DNA of 64,000 bases from positions 1-64,000 of the IMG/VR virus record IMGVR_UViG_3300009034_002371; one strand, written 5' to 3'. Positions 37,852 to 48,494 of this stretch are shown piece after piece. Position 1 is the first letter of the stretch, and every line of letters starts with the position of its first letter. Position numbers and translations under genes: made by a program. The notes under the pieces were generated by a model. The model had not been told where the DNA came from, searched no databases, and saw only the letters and a list, made by a program, of their open reading frames with translations. This stretch comes from a virus.

Positions 37852-39408
37852 ATGAGATTAGGGGTGGTAATAAACCAGCCTGGAGCTGCCAAACCGGAGG
37901 ATCAAAAGATACTTAAGCTACCTGGCGTTAAGCCGGTAGAAGTATCGGTTGAAGTACCTCCCGATGGTACCGTAGTTGAAGTAGCGCAGCTACCGGCAGG
38001 TGTTAAAACTATTGAGATTCCGGAGCAACCTGTGGAACAGGTTCAGCCTGCTATTGCTCCTCTCGGTGCTGCTGCCAGAGCTGGTGCAGTGGAGGGAGCT
38101 CCACAGGTACCACCGGGCAGAAAGATTATCTTATATCAGCGCCAGTCGCCAGGTGACATCTTGACTATGTCGAATCCCGTTGGCGACCTGAAACGGACAT
38201 ATCCCGATTGGTTTATAGATGTAAAATCTCCAGCTCAGGAGGTCTGGCTTAATAATCCACATCTCACACCACTTGATGAAAACGATCCAACGGTGGAGAA
38301 ATATGATGTCACGTACGATGATATCAATATTAGCGGCTGGGATGGACTTCACTTTACGGATGCGTTTCGATACGATATAGAGAGGAAATTAAACTCTAAT
38401 CCGGCGATGGTGTCGAAGTGGGGGAGAGTAGAGATAAGAAAGACCAGTTTCCGACCGGAGTTGTATATATCCGATGACGAGAGGAGCTGGTGGTCCCAGG
38501 TTCATTGCGAATTCTTCTGGGACGGTCCCTATTGGGTGATTAACGCGGGGCGAAAGCCTGATAACGAATTAAAACAGTATCACCGGTGGCAGGAGTCAGT
38601 AGCACAGCTGAATGAGTACTTTGCCGGGCGCGTAAAGATAGTCCAAATGGGACACGAGAGTCATATACATCCTCCGCTGGAGGGTACTTTCAGCCTTGTA
38701 GGTAAAACTGATATACGGCAGCTTATCCGTCTCATATACTGGTCACATGGTACAATTGGACCTCTGTCCTTTCAGTTTGTTATCTCAGGGGCCTTCGAGC
38801 AACCAGCTGTATGTGTGGCTGGTGGAAAGGAAGGAGTTCCGTGGCACCTTTATCCGCATATGAGGTATATTTACACTAATGGTGCTCTGGAGTGCTGCAG
38901 GTGGGACGGGTGTTGGTTAGGGGGCATGCAGGGTGAATGTAAGGATTCTGTTGATGGTGTTCCCCATTGCTTCAGGTTAATCGAACCCCACATGATAGCA
39001 GACGGTGCTAAAATGTACTATGAGGGCGGTCGATTACCTATGCCGACTGAGGAGCAGGTTGAAGAGTGGACTAAAGATATTCTCATTCTTGAGGATCAAC
39101 CTGATAGGCAAGAGGCGTTTCAGCAGAAGCTGGGCCATACCCACCGATTAACCATTCTAGATAATGCTAAGGCAGCTATCAAGATACTTGGGGAAAAGTC
39201 CTTTGATGTAATATCGCTGGATCATCATCTTACTGATGAGAAACCAAAACAAGGGCAAACACCCAACACGGGGGAAACGGTTGCCAAGTTTCTAGCGAAA
39301 CAGAAACCTGATTCCCACATTATAGTGCATTGTCATGATGGTTTTGGTGTTAAGCTCATTACAAAACACTTACCACAGGCAGAGCATCGTCCAGGTTATT
39401 GGGTCTAA
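37852..39408 (+). CDS. GT9-like (heptosyltransferase-like) glycosyltransferase fused to a C-terminal receiver-like (cyclic-phosphate-processing type) domain
   Basis: QSPGDILTM...K.Y..W...VQ.G...LVGKTDIRQLI.LI; C-terminal ILILED...FDVISLDH.L...TG..VA.FL...IVH. Confidence 0.7.
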   Translation: MRLGVVINQPGAAKPEDQKILKLPGVKPVEVSVEVPPDGTVVEVAQLPAGVKTIEIPEQPVEQVQPAIAPLGAAARAGAVEGAPQVPPGRKIILYQRQSPGDILTMSNPVGDLKRTYPDWFIDVKSPAQEVWLNNPHLTPLDENDPTVEKYDVTYDDINISGWDGLHFTDAFRYDIERKLNSNPAMVSKWGRVEIRKTSFRPELYISDDERSWWSQVHCEFFWDGPYWVINAGRKPDNELKQYHRWQESVAQLNEYFAGRVKIVQMGHESHIHPPLEGTFSLVGKTDIRQLIRLIYWSHGTIGPLSFQFVISGAFEQPAVCVAGGKEGVPWHLYPHMRYIYTNGALECCRWDGCWLGGMQGECKDSVDGVPHCFRLIEPHMIADGAKMYYEGGRLPMPTEEQVEEWTKDILILEDQPDRQEAFQQKLGHTHRLTILDNAKAAIKILGEKSFDVISLDHHLTDEKPKQGQTPNTGETVAKFLAKQKPDSHIIVHCHDGFGVKLITKHLPQAEHRPGYWV

Positions 39409-39426
39409 TCGGAGAGGAGACCTATA

Positions 39427-40194
39427 ATGATTACAAGTTTCAAGGAAAAAAAGCTTGTGGAGTACCTTGAGCCGGGAGGTAAGTATTTAATCCGTTTTGG
39501 GCATGGATTCGGGGACACTATCATGTTTATGCCCATCTATGATAAGTTAGTGGGGATGTTTACCGATTGTCAAATAGACCTCTATGTGGAATCTGGACAG
39601 GAAGAGATCTGGAAGTCTGTAGCAGATAAGGACGCTCCCGGGTATGATGTAGTGTTCTCGCTGGACTTCCCCATGGCCATAGGTAGCGACCTCACAAAGC
39701 CAGCTAAATGTTGCATAGACGAAGTGGGTATTGAACCAATTACAGCCCTTGCAGAGCTTCCGGAGAAGCCGAGTCCGTTAGTTGGTATACATTATCAGGG
39801 AACAGCCTTACCGGATTCTGTTGGTTGTCCCCAGGAGGTAGCCCAACAGATATGGAACGAGGTTCTGGAATTTGGCAAAGTTCCCATAGAGTGCCACTTC
39901 GAGCACATGTTTCATAACCCAGTTAATAAAATGTTCTGGTTTGTTAGTAGCCATGTTAGAAACTGTACTGCAAACCTCCATAATTTGATTGGGTTGATAC
40001 AGCATACGGGAGCGTTTATGGGTGTTGCCTCCGGTCCTTGGGTGGCAGCTTTATCTATTATGCCAGAGAGAACGTTGTATTTGGAGAAACATCACAAGTT
40101 AGAAACATATACCAGTGAGGCTAGAGCCCGGGTAGATGTACTTGACTATCGCTCCGGGAGTGTAAAAGAGTGGTTAGAGAGCCTGACATGGTGA
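39427..40194 (+). CDS. GT9-like glycosyltransferase
   Basis: HGFGDTIMF.P...FMGVASGP...A. Confidence 0.65.
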   Translation: MITSFKEKKLVEYLEPGGKYLIRFGHGFGDTIMFMPIYDKLVGMFTDCQIDLYVESGQEEIWKSVADKDAPGYDVVFSLDFPMAIGSDLTKPAKCCIDEVGIEPITALAELPEKPSPLVGIHYQGTALPDSVGCPQEVAQQIWNEVLEFGKVPIECHFEHMFHNPVNKMFWFVSSHVRNCTANLHNLIGLIQHTGAFMGVASGPWVAALSIMPERTLYLEKHHKLETYTSEARARVDVLDYRSGSVKEWLESLTW

Positions 40195-40239
40195 TGGGTG
40201 TTTGGGGAGAACGCCATAAAAACGGAGAGGAGAACAATA

Positions 40240-41196
40240 ATGGCTAGAAAATATGCCATGATAGTGACAGATTCCGGGTACCTAGGCGGGGTCAACGGGA
40301 TGCTTAACGGGTTGTGGTACTATAATAACGATGTAGATTTCCACTATATCTATAAGGAAAGTAGACGTGGGGAACTCACTGCGTTCATGGAGGACGTAAA
40401 AAAGGACCCGTGGTATTCCGATCGAATCTATATGACGAAGTATGAGGAGTTAATAAATGAGGGTTACCCTGAAGGCTCAGGTCGCCCTCCATGGCGTCTC
40501 AAGTTCTACCGCTATCTATATGGTATTAGAAGATGTCAAGACTATGACGCCGCAGTCATATTTGATGCGGATATGATAATAGTTAATAACTTCATGCGGT
40601 ACTTTGATATTGCTGCCGAGACGGGAAGAATTTTAGTTCCTAATAACGATTACTCGGGAGAGGAGTTTGATTGTTATCGTGGAGGCTATAAAGGCGCTTC
40701 TTCCCCACCTCTCTATTGTATGCCGCTTTTCTTCGTTCCCAGTAACCCGGATATAATCAAAGCTTTCGAAAGGATTCCGGAGTTGGCTATAGAGCGAGAT
40801 ACAAGTGACATGGTTGCTTTTAATCACTCGATGATAGAGTCTAAGCTGATAGAGGAGCTTCTCCTACTGCCCGCTGTTTTGTGGTTACAAGTGCATTACT
40901 ACTTTGTAATGCTGGCAAGGAGAAATATAGGTGGTAAACAGTATCTAGCACTACATAGGGGTGGTGATAGATTGTTCTCTTTTCATCGGCGGTGGTGGTT
41001 TGAATCCGACTGTAGGAAGAAAATAGTGATGCCCAAAACGGCTATAGGGGCTGCGTTTGCATATAACAACGTGCGTCTGTTTTGGGAGTTTACTAGGTTC
41101 TTCAATCTACAGTGTCGCCACAATGTCGAGTGGCAGGAGAGGTGGGGCGACTTTCCTAAAGAGATACCAAAACCGAAGTTGCCAGGGAAGTATTAG
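40240..41196 (+). CDS. GT8-like (GT-A, DxD) glycosyltransferase
   Basis: D..YL.G...M.N.L...K.YRY...YD..VIFDADMIIVNN...DM..FN. Confidence 0.65.
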   Translation: MARKYAMIVTDSGYLGGVNGMLNGLWYYNNDVDFHYIYKESRRGELTAFMEDVKKDPWYSDRIYMTKYEELINEGYPEGSGRPPWRLKFYRYLYGIRRCQDYDAAVIFDADMIIVNNFMRYFDIAAETGRILVPNNDYSGEEFDCYRGGYKGASSPPLYCMPLFFVPSNPDIIKAFERIPELAIERDTSDMVAFNHSMIESKLIEELLLLPAVLWLQVHYYFVMLARRNIGGKQYLALHRGGDRLFSFHRRWWFESDCRKKIVMPKTAIGAAFAYNNVRLFWEFTRFFNLQCRHNVEWQERWGDFPKEIPKPKLPGKY

Positions 41197-41225
41197 GTAG
41201 ATTTCAGTCGAGAGGGAGGTTTACG

Positions 41226-42233
41226 ATGGGGGCAGGTGTACCGGGTAATAAATTCGCGTTTGTAGTGGGGGCGTCAGATAACTATTTGCAAGGTCTAACA
41301 GCCATGTTCAATAGTCTAGAATATCACGGTAGTACCGCTGATGTTCTCTTGATTCCCTGGAAACTACCAGAGGAATTTCTGAACGGACTTAGCAGGTATA
41401 GTTTCCAGGTTAGATTGTTTCCCAACGAGATACAACATCAGGTTTTGGCCACAGCTATAGAGAGGTTTAGAGTTGCGTATCAGGCCGGTGCAGAGTACGA
41501 GGCTGTGTGTTTGCTTGATGCCGATATGTTTTTCCTCGATAATGTTGATCTCTTCTTCGAGATAGCTGCAAAGGGGTTTATAGTTACCGGCAGCAATGGG
41601 ATGATTATTAACTTCAATACGGGTTACCAAAATCAGTACAGTCTGGATCTAGGTCAGCCTGAGTGGCCATATAAGAAGGTACATACAACTGCACCAATCT
41701 TTATAAGTCCTTCAGACTTGGATTGGTTTGAAGCGTTGTACAGTGCACGTCGTGTCGATTCGTGGGATGACTTTCTCTATCTTAACATTTTGGGTATAAA
41801 GCTGGGGAAGTATAAAAACATGTTGTGTATGCCTCCCTATGCGTTTACAGGGATACACCACTGGGATCTGAAAGTAGAAACGGGTTTGGTACGTAAAAGT
41901 TCTGAGATAGTGCTTGCTGGTACAGAAGAGGCCGTGTATATGGCCCACGGTAAGTTCTGGGACGAGAGCTATTGTAAAGATCTTCTCAATGTCATGCACC
42001 AGTACCTAGAGCGTTGGAATATGGGCGATATGTGTAAGCAAAGAGTGGAGGACGCTCATAAGATAGCTATTCAGGAGTTCCAAAAGTATCTTAATTATCA
42101 AGTTGGCCATGAACCAGAGCCCACTCCCGTTGCTTGGTTCCTTAAACGGCACTCGTCGAGTTCTAGTAGGATGTCCGCCTCACCAGGTAGCGGACCTGAT
42201 AGAAGTTCTACTTCTTCAAAGGCAACTGTGTAG
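41226..42233 (+). CDS. GT8-like glycosyltransferase, paralog of 40240, with short Ser-rich tail
   Basis: SDNYLQG...NSL...RF...LLDADMFFLDN...DD..LN...HGKFW. Confidence 0.65.
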   Translation: MGAGVPGNKFAFVVGASDNYLQGLTAMFNSLEYHGSTADVLLIPWKLPEEFLNGLSRYSFQVRLFPNEIQHQVLATAIERFRVAYQAGAEYEAVCLLDADMFFLDNVDLFFEIAAKGFIVTGSNGMIINFNTGYQNQYSLDLGQPEWPYKKVHTTAPIFISPSDLDWFEALYSARRVDSWDDFLYLNILGIKLGKYKNMLCMPPYAFTGIHHWDLKVETGLVRKSSEIVLAGTEEAVYMAHGKFWDESYCKDLLNVMHQYLERWNMGDMCKQRVEDAHKIAIQEFQKYLNYQVGHEPEPTPVAWFLKRHSSSSSRMSASPGSGPDRSSTSSKATV

Positions 42234-42276
42234 ATAGTCCAATCTAACTAACCATGATCTAAATCACACTATTAAA

Positions 42277-43581
42277 ATGGCTACTGAATTTATATGCAAA
42301 GTTGGGTGGGACGGACCACCCACCCGAGACTTTAAACAGCTATCGCTCTGGACTATAACGTGTCATTGTGATCTAACGGCTGCATCTACTAAAGTTTTTA
42401 GTAGTACTAGGCATGCTGGAACTAGATTCCCCGTGCAGGACGGTAGACGAGTTTACTTGTATCGGGGCGGTACTCTCATGAATGCTAACGCCTGGATGCT
42501 GCATGCTACAGAGACCCAGACTTTAGTTAGAGATATTCAGGGTACCGATACGCCTCAGGCCGGTGATCAGTGGCGACAAACTGCGGGTAATATATATGGT
42601 TGGGTCACTATAAGCGATGCCGGAGATTCTGTCATCGCGGTAGCTGAATGTTATAGTGACCGTGACATGATAGATCGTATTAAGCTTATAGGTTGGGGAA
42701 CAAATGCTATAAACTATGTAAAGATATATGCACCTAGTGGTCAGCGCCATACAGGTGTTGCAAATACCGGTTTCAAGATTTATGTTCCGGATGCTGATAA
42801 TATCTTGGAGTTGAACGATGTAGATATTCTTATTCAGTATATTGAGTTCCATGGTGGTGGTAGGCAGATAACTGGCACCTACAGATATGGGATACGTACT
42901 ATAAGGATAGACAGTTGTATATTCCATGATAACATTTGGGGTGCAATGATAGATATCCCAAACAATGCCTACTTGACAACTATGATATGGAACTCTGTCT
43001 TCTATAGTTCGTTCTCTGCTGCTATCGGACCTGGTCATTACAGTGCTGATGTTCATGTAGAAAACTGCTCTATCTATAACCCAGGTGGTATTGGCGTCTT
43101 TAGAGCAGAGTGTTACAATGTTGTAACGCATAGAGGAGAGAATGCTGTAGACCCAGGTTTTGGAGATGAGTGTACAGGTGACTATAATTGCGATGGGGTT
43201 GAGGTGGAAACGGATGGTAGTGCGCCTGGACTGAACTCATTGCATAATCAGACACTCTCGGATATATCATGGGTTTGTACCGATTTACATCCTGCGGAGA
43301 ATAAGCAGATAGACCTCCATACTTATACTGACTATTATACCGATAGTGTACTCATCGGGCAAGGTGTTGATAGATCCGCAGGTGTTATTGGATTTAATAC
43401 TGACATTGATGGTGATCCCCGTATAGGCCTTTGGACTATTGGTGTGGATCAAAAGGCGTACTCATCGAGTTCGTCTAGCGCGTCTAGTTCAAGCGCGTCT
43501 TCTGCTTCAGTAGTTTCAAGTTCATCCAGTAGCGGATCTACATTCGATTTGAGACTACGCGACATAACTTACGATGTATAG
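42277..43581 (+). CDS. Putative virion surface protein, right-handed beta-helix with C-terminal Ser tract
   Basis: Repeating N/C-ladder strands (DSCIFHDN, WNSVFY, ENCSIYN), TDIDGDPR..W.IG.DQ, then SSSSSSASSS. Confidence 0.6.
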   Translation: MATEFICKVGWDGPPTRDFKQLSLWTITCHCDLTAASTKVFSSTRHAGTRFPVQDGRRVYLYRGGTLMNANAWMLHATETQTLVRDIQGTDTPQAGDQWRQTAGNIYGWVTISDAGDSVIAVAECYSDRDMIDRIKLIGWGTNAINYVKIYAPSGQRHTGVANTGFKIYVPDADNILELNDVDILIQYIEFHGGGRQITGTYRYGIRTIRIDSCIFHDNIWGAMIDIPNNAYLTTMIWNSVFYSSFSAAIGPGHYSADVHVENCSIYNPGGIGVFRAECYNVVTHRGENAVDPGFGDECTGDYNCDGVEVETDGSAPGLNSLHNQTLSDISWVCTDLHPAENKQIDLHTYTDYYTDSVLIGQGVDRSAGVIGFNTDIDGDPRIGLWTIGVDQKAYSSSSSSASSSSASSASVVSSSSSSGSTFDLRLRDITYDV

Positions 43582-43602
43582 CTGCTGTTGGGGGAGTTTA
43601 GC

Positions 43603-44415
43603 ATGGATATTGTTTATCTAGATGATAAGTGGCCGTTTAGAGTACAGACAGCCGAGCCAGATAACACACCCCTTATCGTGGACGATGCTGAGGTGACCAT
43701 CACCAGGGTAGATGATATGGTAGTGGTGTTGCCAACTATGTCTGTAGCCCCAGGTGGTATTTTTCCCGGCTACACTGAGTATATCGTCTCTCCCCCGGTC
43801 ACATCGACAGAGGGGAACTATATCATTGATTGGAATATTATACTAAATGGTGTAAGTAAAAGCTTCCGTCAGGTGTATCAAGTTATCTCTCTCCCCGAGT
43901 ATGCTATCGAGGAACGGGACATGATAAATGCACTGAGGATTCGATTAAAGGATAATCGACCCGAGTTGTATAGGGTTGATGAGGCAGAGCAAAAGTGGCA
44001 TGATGAGGAGTTATACTCCTTCCTCTATTATGCCCTAGCTGACTTTAATGGTTATCCTCCCTACTGGACGGATTATACATTTGTGGATCTGCCTTTACAG
44101 CTGCATGGTATGGTGTTGCTCGGTGCACAGATAATGGCTATAATTGCGGAAGCAACCTTACAAGCAGCTAACGACTTTAGCTATAATGATAATGGGTTGA
44201 CTGTGACATTATCTCGTTCCGGAAAGTATATGGCTATTGCTAGTCAGCTCTGGAATATGTATGTACAGCTTGTAGCCAGGGTCAAGAGATTTCTTGGATT
44301 TTACCTTACTGAGTGGGTGGGTGTCAAGACACGACGTATGCCGATCAGTGTCAGACGCCCACTTTCCATGTTACCGCACCTGGAAAATGTATTTGGTCGT
44401 GAGGGTGGTATGTAG
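43603..44415 (+). CDS. Putative head-tail adaptor/neck protein with N-terminal Ig-like domain
   Basis: LR.RL.D...W.DEEL..FL..AL.DFN..PP...F.YND.G......RS..Y helical connector-like pattern. Confidence 0.6.
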   Translation: MDIVYLDDKWPFRVQTAEPDNTPLIVDDAEVTITRVDDMVVVLPTMSVAPGGIFPGYTEYIVSPPVTSTEGNYIIDWNIILNGVSKSFRQVYQVISLPEYAIEERDMINALRIRLKDNRPELYRVDEAEQKWHDEELYSFLYYALADFNGYPPYWTDYTFVDLPLQLHGMVLLGAQIMAIIAEATLQAANDFSYNDNGLTVTLSRSGKYMAIASQLWNMYVQLVARVKRFLGFYLTEWVGVKTRRMPISVRRPLSMLPHLENVFGREGGM

Positions 44416-44429
44416 GAGGTTGGTTAGTA

Positions 44430-45629
44430 ATGGCCTTACATGCAGATACGGTATGGGAAGTAAGATCAGCAGGAAGCAATAACAATGGAGGAGGTTGGCA
44501 CGACGCGGGCGGAGCCTCTGCCGACCACTCTCAGCAGGATGCTGCAAACGAGAGCTGGACGAACCTGTCCATTAGTGGGTCAACGTTGACTGACGACGAT
44601 GCCGGCGGTAAGTTCACTGCGAGTATGCTCGGAAATATCATCAACGTTTTGACGTCAGGCCGCTTTGAAATAAGCACCGTTACGGATGGCGATAACGTTG
44701 AGCTAGATCGATCACCGGGGAACGATACTGGGCTGACAGGATACGAGGGTGGAGCTGTCGCCGATCTAGAACAGATCGACAATATAATTGTAGCGGGGAA
44801 TACGGTACATGTAAAGGCAGGGACATATGTAGCGGGAGGAGCACTATCCTTTACGGCTGGAGGGAGCGCTACACCAGTTGTAATTGAAGGATATAATTCA
44901 TCCAGAGGCGACAATCCTACAGGGACTAATAGACCGTTGCTCACGATGGGAGCGAACGCTATTACTACTGGGCTATACACCCAGTTTCGGAACTTCAGGA
45001 TGACATCCAGCGCGGCCACCTTCTTCTCCCTCGGTACTATAAGTATGATAGTGAATTGTGCTATAGATCACACCAATACGGGTGACGCTGTTGCTGCGGG
45101 CCAGAGCGCTTCTGTCATTGACTGTGATATTACTTCTAACGGTACAGGGATAGACTGCGGCGGGTATGGCGTTAGAATACATGGCTGTTATATCCACGAC
45201 CTTAGTATAGGGATTGAGCTTGACCAATATGCCTGTTCCATTGAGTTTTGCATTCTTGATACCTGCAGCACTTACGGTATATATCTTAGCGGGGTGGGCG
45301 CACGGCACAGCCAGGACATAACAAACAACGTCTTCTACAGTTGTACGGACGCCATATATGCCGGTGTAGCGGTATACGGTAACAAGATAATGAGCAACAG
45401 TTTCTCCGATGGAACTGATGGCATTCACATTACCTCTAGTTCTCCTCATAACCATATTGACTATAACAACTGGTACAACAACGGTGGTAATGATGTGACC
45501 AACGTTTCCAAAGGGGATAATGCTACTGCGAACGATCCGCTATTTACAAATGCTGGTGCTGGCGACTTTTCTTTACAGTCTGGTTCTGCGATGAGAGGTG
45601 CAGGGTTCGCTGTGAGGGTAGGTGTATAA
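44430..45629 (+). CDS. Right-handed beta-helix (pectin-lyase-like) virion protein
   Basis: GNTVHVKAGTY, GDNPTG.NRP, repeated NN.F/GI strands, DPLFTNA..GDFSLQ.GS. Confidence 0.75.
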   Translation: MALHADTVWEVRSAGSNNNGGGWHDAGGASADHSQQDAANESWTNLSISGSTLTDDDAGGKFTASMLGNIINVLTSGRFEISTVTDGDNVELDRSPGNDTGLTGYEGGAVADLEQIDNIIVAGNTVHVKAGTYVAGGALSFTAGGSATPVVIEGYNSSRGDNPTGTNRPLLTMGANAITTGLYTQFRNFRMTSSAATFFSLGTISMIVNCAIDHTNTGDAVAAGQSASVIDCDITSNGTGIDCGGYGVRIHGCYIHDLSIGIELDQYACSIEFCILDTCSTYGIYLSGVGARHSQDITNNVFYSCTDAIYAGVAVYGNKIMSNSFSDGTDGIHITSSSPHNHIDYNNWYNNGGNDVTNVSKGDNATANDPLFTNAGAGDFSLQSGSAMRGAGFAVRVGV

Positions 45630-45688
45630 ATAGTAAGTTAATAACACGAGGTTTCCGTTTAAGAGATTAGTAGTTGTCCTAGACGGGG

Positions 45689-46315
45689 GTGATATATTTG
45701 ACTACTAGTACTACAGAGCTAAAGGAGCCTGTAGAACAGGCACTGGGTGCTGATCTCAATACGATTTTTCATCTAGGGCCTTCTGGGTTAAAGAAAGCTG
45801 ATATAGCGTATGCTTATGTTACAGCTGATGAGATACAAGCTGCCACTATTGTCGAGATTGGTGCAGGCTACGGTATCTCGAGTGTAACATTGGGGGCCGT
45901 TGCTAAGAAGTACGGTGGTAAGCTCTATAGTGTTGAGTACAGAGTGAAAGCGGCTTGGTGGACAAACCTAAAGAAATATGGTGTCATAGATCATGTTGAG
46001 CTTGTACAAGGGAGGAATCCCTTCCTTGACTGGTCACAACTTGATCATATTAGAACTGTAGATTATCTTCTAATCGACGGTAATCACTGTTATATGCCTG
46101 TAATGGTTGACTTCTTTACTTGGGTGCCAAGGGTACGCAACGGAGGTAGAATAGCTTTTCATGATTACCTTAACGGGAGAGCTCAAGTGAAGGATGCAGT
46201 AGATAAGCTAGAGAAAGTCTATCCTCTGGAGTATGTTGGTTTATCAGCTTCCAAGAGTGGTCTATATGTGGTAACCAAGTCACTAGATGAGAGAGGTAGA
46301 TTTCCGAAGTTCTGA
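45689..46315 (+). CDS. Methyltransf_24-type O-methyltransferase
   Basis: VEIGAGYG.S...IDGNH.Y..V..D...GG.IAFHDY. Confidence 0.85.
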   Translation: MIYLTTSTTELKEPVEQALGADLNTIFHLGPSGLKKADIAYAYVTADEIQAATIVEIGAGYGISSVTLGAVAKKYGGKLYSVEYRVKAAWWTNLKKYGVIDHVELVQGRNPFLDWSQLDHIRTVDYLLIDGNHCYMPVMVDFFTWVPRVRNGGRIAFHDYLNGRAQVKDAVDKLEKVYPLEYVGLSASKSGLYVVTKSLDERGRFPKF

Positions 46316-46324
46316 GGTGATCTT

Positions 46325-46870
46325 ATGGCCCGCCCCCCTTCTGCTATGATCTTAGCCGTTAAGGAAGCTTTTGGAGATCGACCTCTGACCGGTGCAGAGA
46401 TTGGAGTATTCATAGGTGATAATGCCAAGTTTATATTGGATACGTTAAACCTCCAGAGGTTGTATCTTATAGATCCCTTTGATCCAAACAACGACTTCGA
46501 AGCCTATATAAAGCCCAGGGTAGGGAAAGCTAGAGCGCATGTTGTAAAGAGGTTGGAACAATATGAACATATTGTTACATGGCTATTTGTAACGTCAGAT
46601 GAGGCTGTTGACAGGATAACGGATATACTGGATTTTGTCTATATCGATGGTAATCATAGTTACGAATATGTTAAGCGTGATATCGGAAATTACTATCGTT
46701 TAGTAAGGCCGGGCGGTTTTGTAGGCGGTCATGATTACATGATGCGAAAGAAGCCTCCTATAGAGGCAAAAAGGGCTGTGGACGAGTTCGTACAAGAGCA
46801 TGGATGTGACTTGGTAGTATCCAAAGAGTTTGACCCACATCACCCGGATTGGTGGTTTCGCAAGCAATGA
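46325..46870 (+). CDS. Methyltransf_24-type O-methyltransferase
   Basis: GAEIGV..G...IDP...DFVYIDGNHSYE.V..DI...GG..GGHDY. Confidence 0.88.
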   Translation: MARPPSAMILAVKEAFGDRPLTGAEIGVFIGDNAKFILDTLNLQRLYLIDPFDPNNDFEAYIKPRVGKARAHVVKRLEQYEHIVTWLFVTSDEAVDRITDILDFVYIDGNHSYEYVKRDIGNYYRLVRPGGFVGGHDYMMRKKPPIEAKRAVDEFVQEHGCDLVVSKEFDPHHPDWWFRKQ

Positions 46871-47628
46871 TACATTTTATATGGTTGGGACCTGATGAGT
46901 TTAGATATGCAGACTATCTGGCAATCAGAACAGCTCAGAAAGTCTATAAAGAAGTTCCGTATCTCTGGGTGGATGATACTGTACCGGAGAACGAGTGGTT
47001 AGCAAAGGCGAGAGGTTACAGTGTCCGACAACTTATTCCTGGCGATTGGCAGCGGTTTGTGGTTATAGGAAAGAAACAAAGTGCAAGTCAGAGCTCTAAT
47101 TATCTGAGATATTGTCTCTTATATAGATTTGGTGGCCTATATTTAGATACGGATACGCTCTGCATTAAATCTATCTTTGATTTCGACTTGCAGGGTTTGG
47201 TAGTAGGTAGGGATGATGTTGTAAAGCGGTGGCCGTTGTGTACTGCTATTATGTATGTTAAGAAGTGCCACAATCCAGATGTAAAAGTTCTGCTACGGAG
47301 ATGCATTGATATACTGGAGGAGTCCGGCGGTGATGTTAAATGGGGAACAACAGGACCGAGATTACTAAGTGCTGTACTTCCCACAAGTGATAACCTACAT
47401 ACTCTTCTACCTAAAGAGTGTTTTTACTTCTATGGATACCCCGAGTGGCAGGAACTGTTTGAGGATAACCCTATAGATGAACGAATGTACGTACTTCACT
47501 ACTGGGGTAAGTATGCCAGGGATCCCGAGTGTATGGGTTTAGATTGCATAACACCAGAGTATATTAGAACATCAAATAGCCTTTATGCTAAAGTAGTGAG
47601 AAAAGTACTAGGGGAAGATTATCTATGA
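46867..47628 (+). CDS. GT32 (DXD sugar-binding / Gb3 synthase-like) glycosyltransferase
   Basis: IHFIWLG...S.YLRY.LLY..GGLYLDTD...WGTTGP.LL...HYW. Confidence 0.88.
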   Translation: MIHFIWLGPDEFRYADYLAIRTAQKVYKEVPYLWVDDTVPENEWLAKARGYSVRQLIPGDWQRFVVIGKKQSASQSSNYLRYCLLYRFGGLYLDTDTLCIKSIFDFDLQGLVVGRDDVVKRWPLCTAIMYVKKCHNPDVKVLLRRCIDILEESGGDVKWGTTGPRLLSAVLPTSDNLHTLLPKECFYFYGYPEWQELFEDNPIDERMYVLHYWGKYARDPECMGLDCITPEYIRTSNSLYAKVVRKVLGEDYL

Positions 47629-47675
47629 TGTTGGGGAGTGAAATTCCGTAGCCCCCTCGTTAACACGGTAGTAAT

Positions 47676-48494
47676 ATGTTATCAGTGATAATTCCTATCA
47701 TGGGAAAGCGCCCGGATCGGGTCCCCCTCTTTGCAGAAACGTTGCGGTGTATACAACAACAGGACTTTCGGGATTATGAACTAATCGTGGTAGAACAGTA
47801 TTCGGATGAGCCAATGTGGGAGGAGGATGTAGCTACTTTCTCCCCCAGATATATTGCTATTCAAGGAAGTCCTCTTTGTGTGCCTTGGTGTAAAAACGTG
47901 GGGGCTCGAGAAGCTAGAAGCGATGTTTTAGTTTTCCTTGACGCTGATGTAGTATTCGGTACTGATTACTTTCGCGTCATTATGGAGAATTTTACTTCAG
48001 CTAGGAAGTACTCCGCTGGATGGGATAGCACCCTATGGTTGCGTCAAACTGGGCTCCAGGAGTATTTATCTACGCACACTTATACACCTAACTGGAGTCC
48101 GGAGCTTCTTCAACAGGAATTATTTATAGGGTTAGATGGTCCCGTAAACTTTGGACTGTCTATAGTTTTTGATAGGGAGTTTTTTAGGAGCATCGGGGGG
48201 TACAACGAGAATTTTGATATGTGGTCTGCAGATGATAAGGATCTGTTGACTAGAGCTATTGCCGCGACAGGTGACGACTGTAAGTTACACACCATACCGT
48301 ATACCGTTCTTCATTTGTGGCATGATATGCGGGAGAAGTCCCCAACGTGGAAAGAAGACAGGGAATACCGGCTTAGTTGTGTAAGGAAATATCCCCTAGA
48401 AGTTTCAAGGCGTCTTGTAGAGGCACAAACCGGCAACCCAGAGCATAGGTCACTTATAGATTGGCCCGATATGCGGTGGCAGGGGATTTTATGA
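47676..48494 (+). CDS. GT2/GT7-like glycosyltransferase
   Basis: LSVIIP...ELIVVE...KNVGAR...VFLDAD...GGYNENF..W..DD.DL..R...HLWH. Confidence 0.88.
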   Translation: MLSVIIPIMGKRPDRVPLFAETLRCIQQQDFRDYELIVVEQYSDEPMWEEDVATFSPRYIAIQGSPLCVPWCKNVGAREARSDVLVFLDADVVFGTDYFRVIMENFTSARKYSAGWDSTLWLRQTGLQEYLSTHTYTPNWSPELLQQELFIGLDGPVNFGLSIVFDREFFRSIGGYNENFDMWSADDKDLLTRAIAATGDDCKLHTIPYTVLHLWHDMREKSPTWKEDREYRLSCVRKYPLEVSRRLVEAQTGNPEHRSLIDWPDMRWQGIL

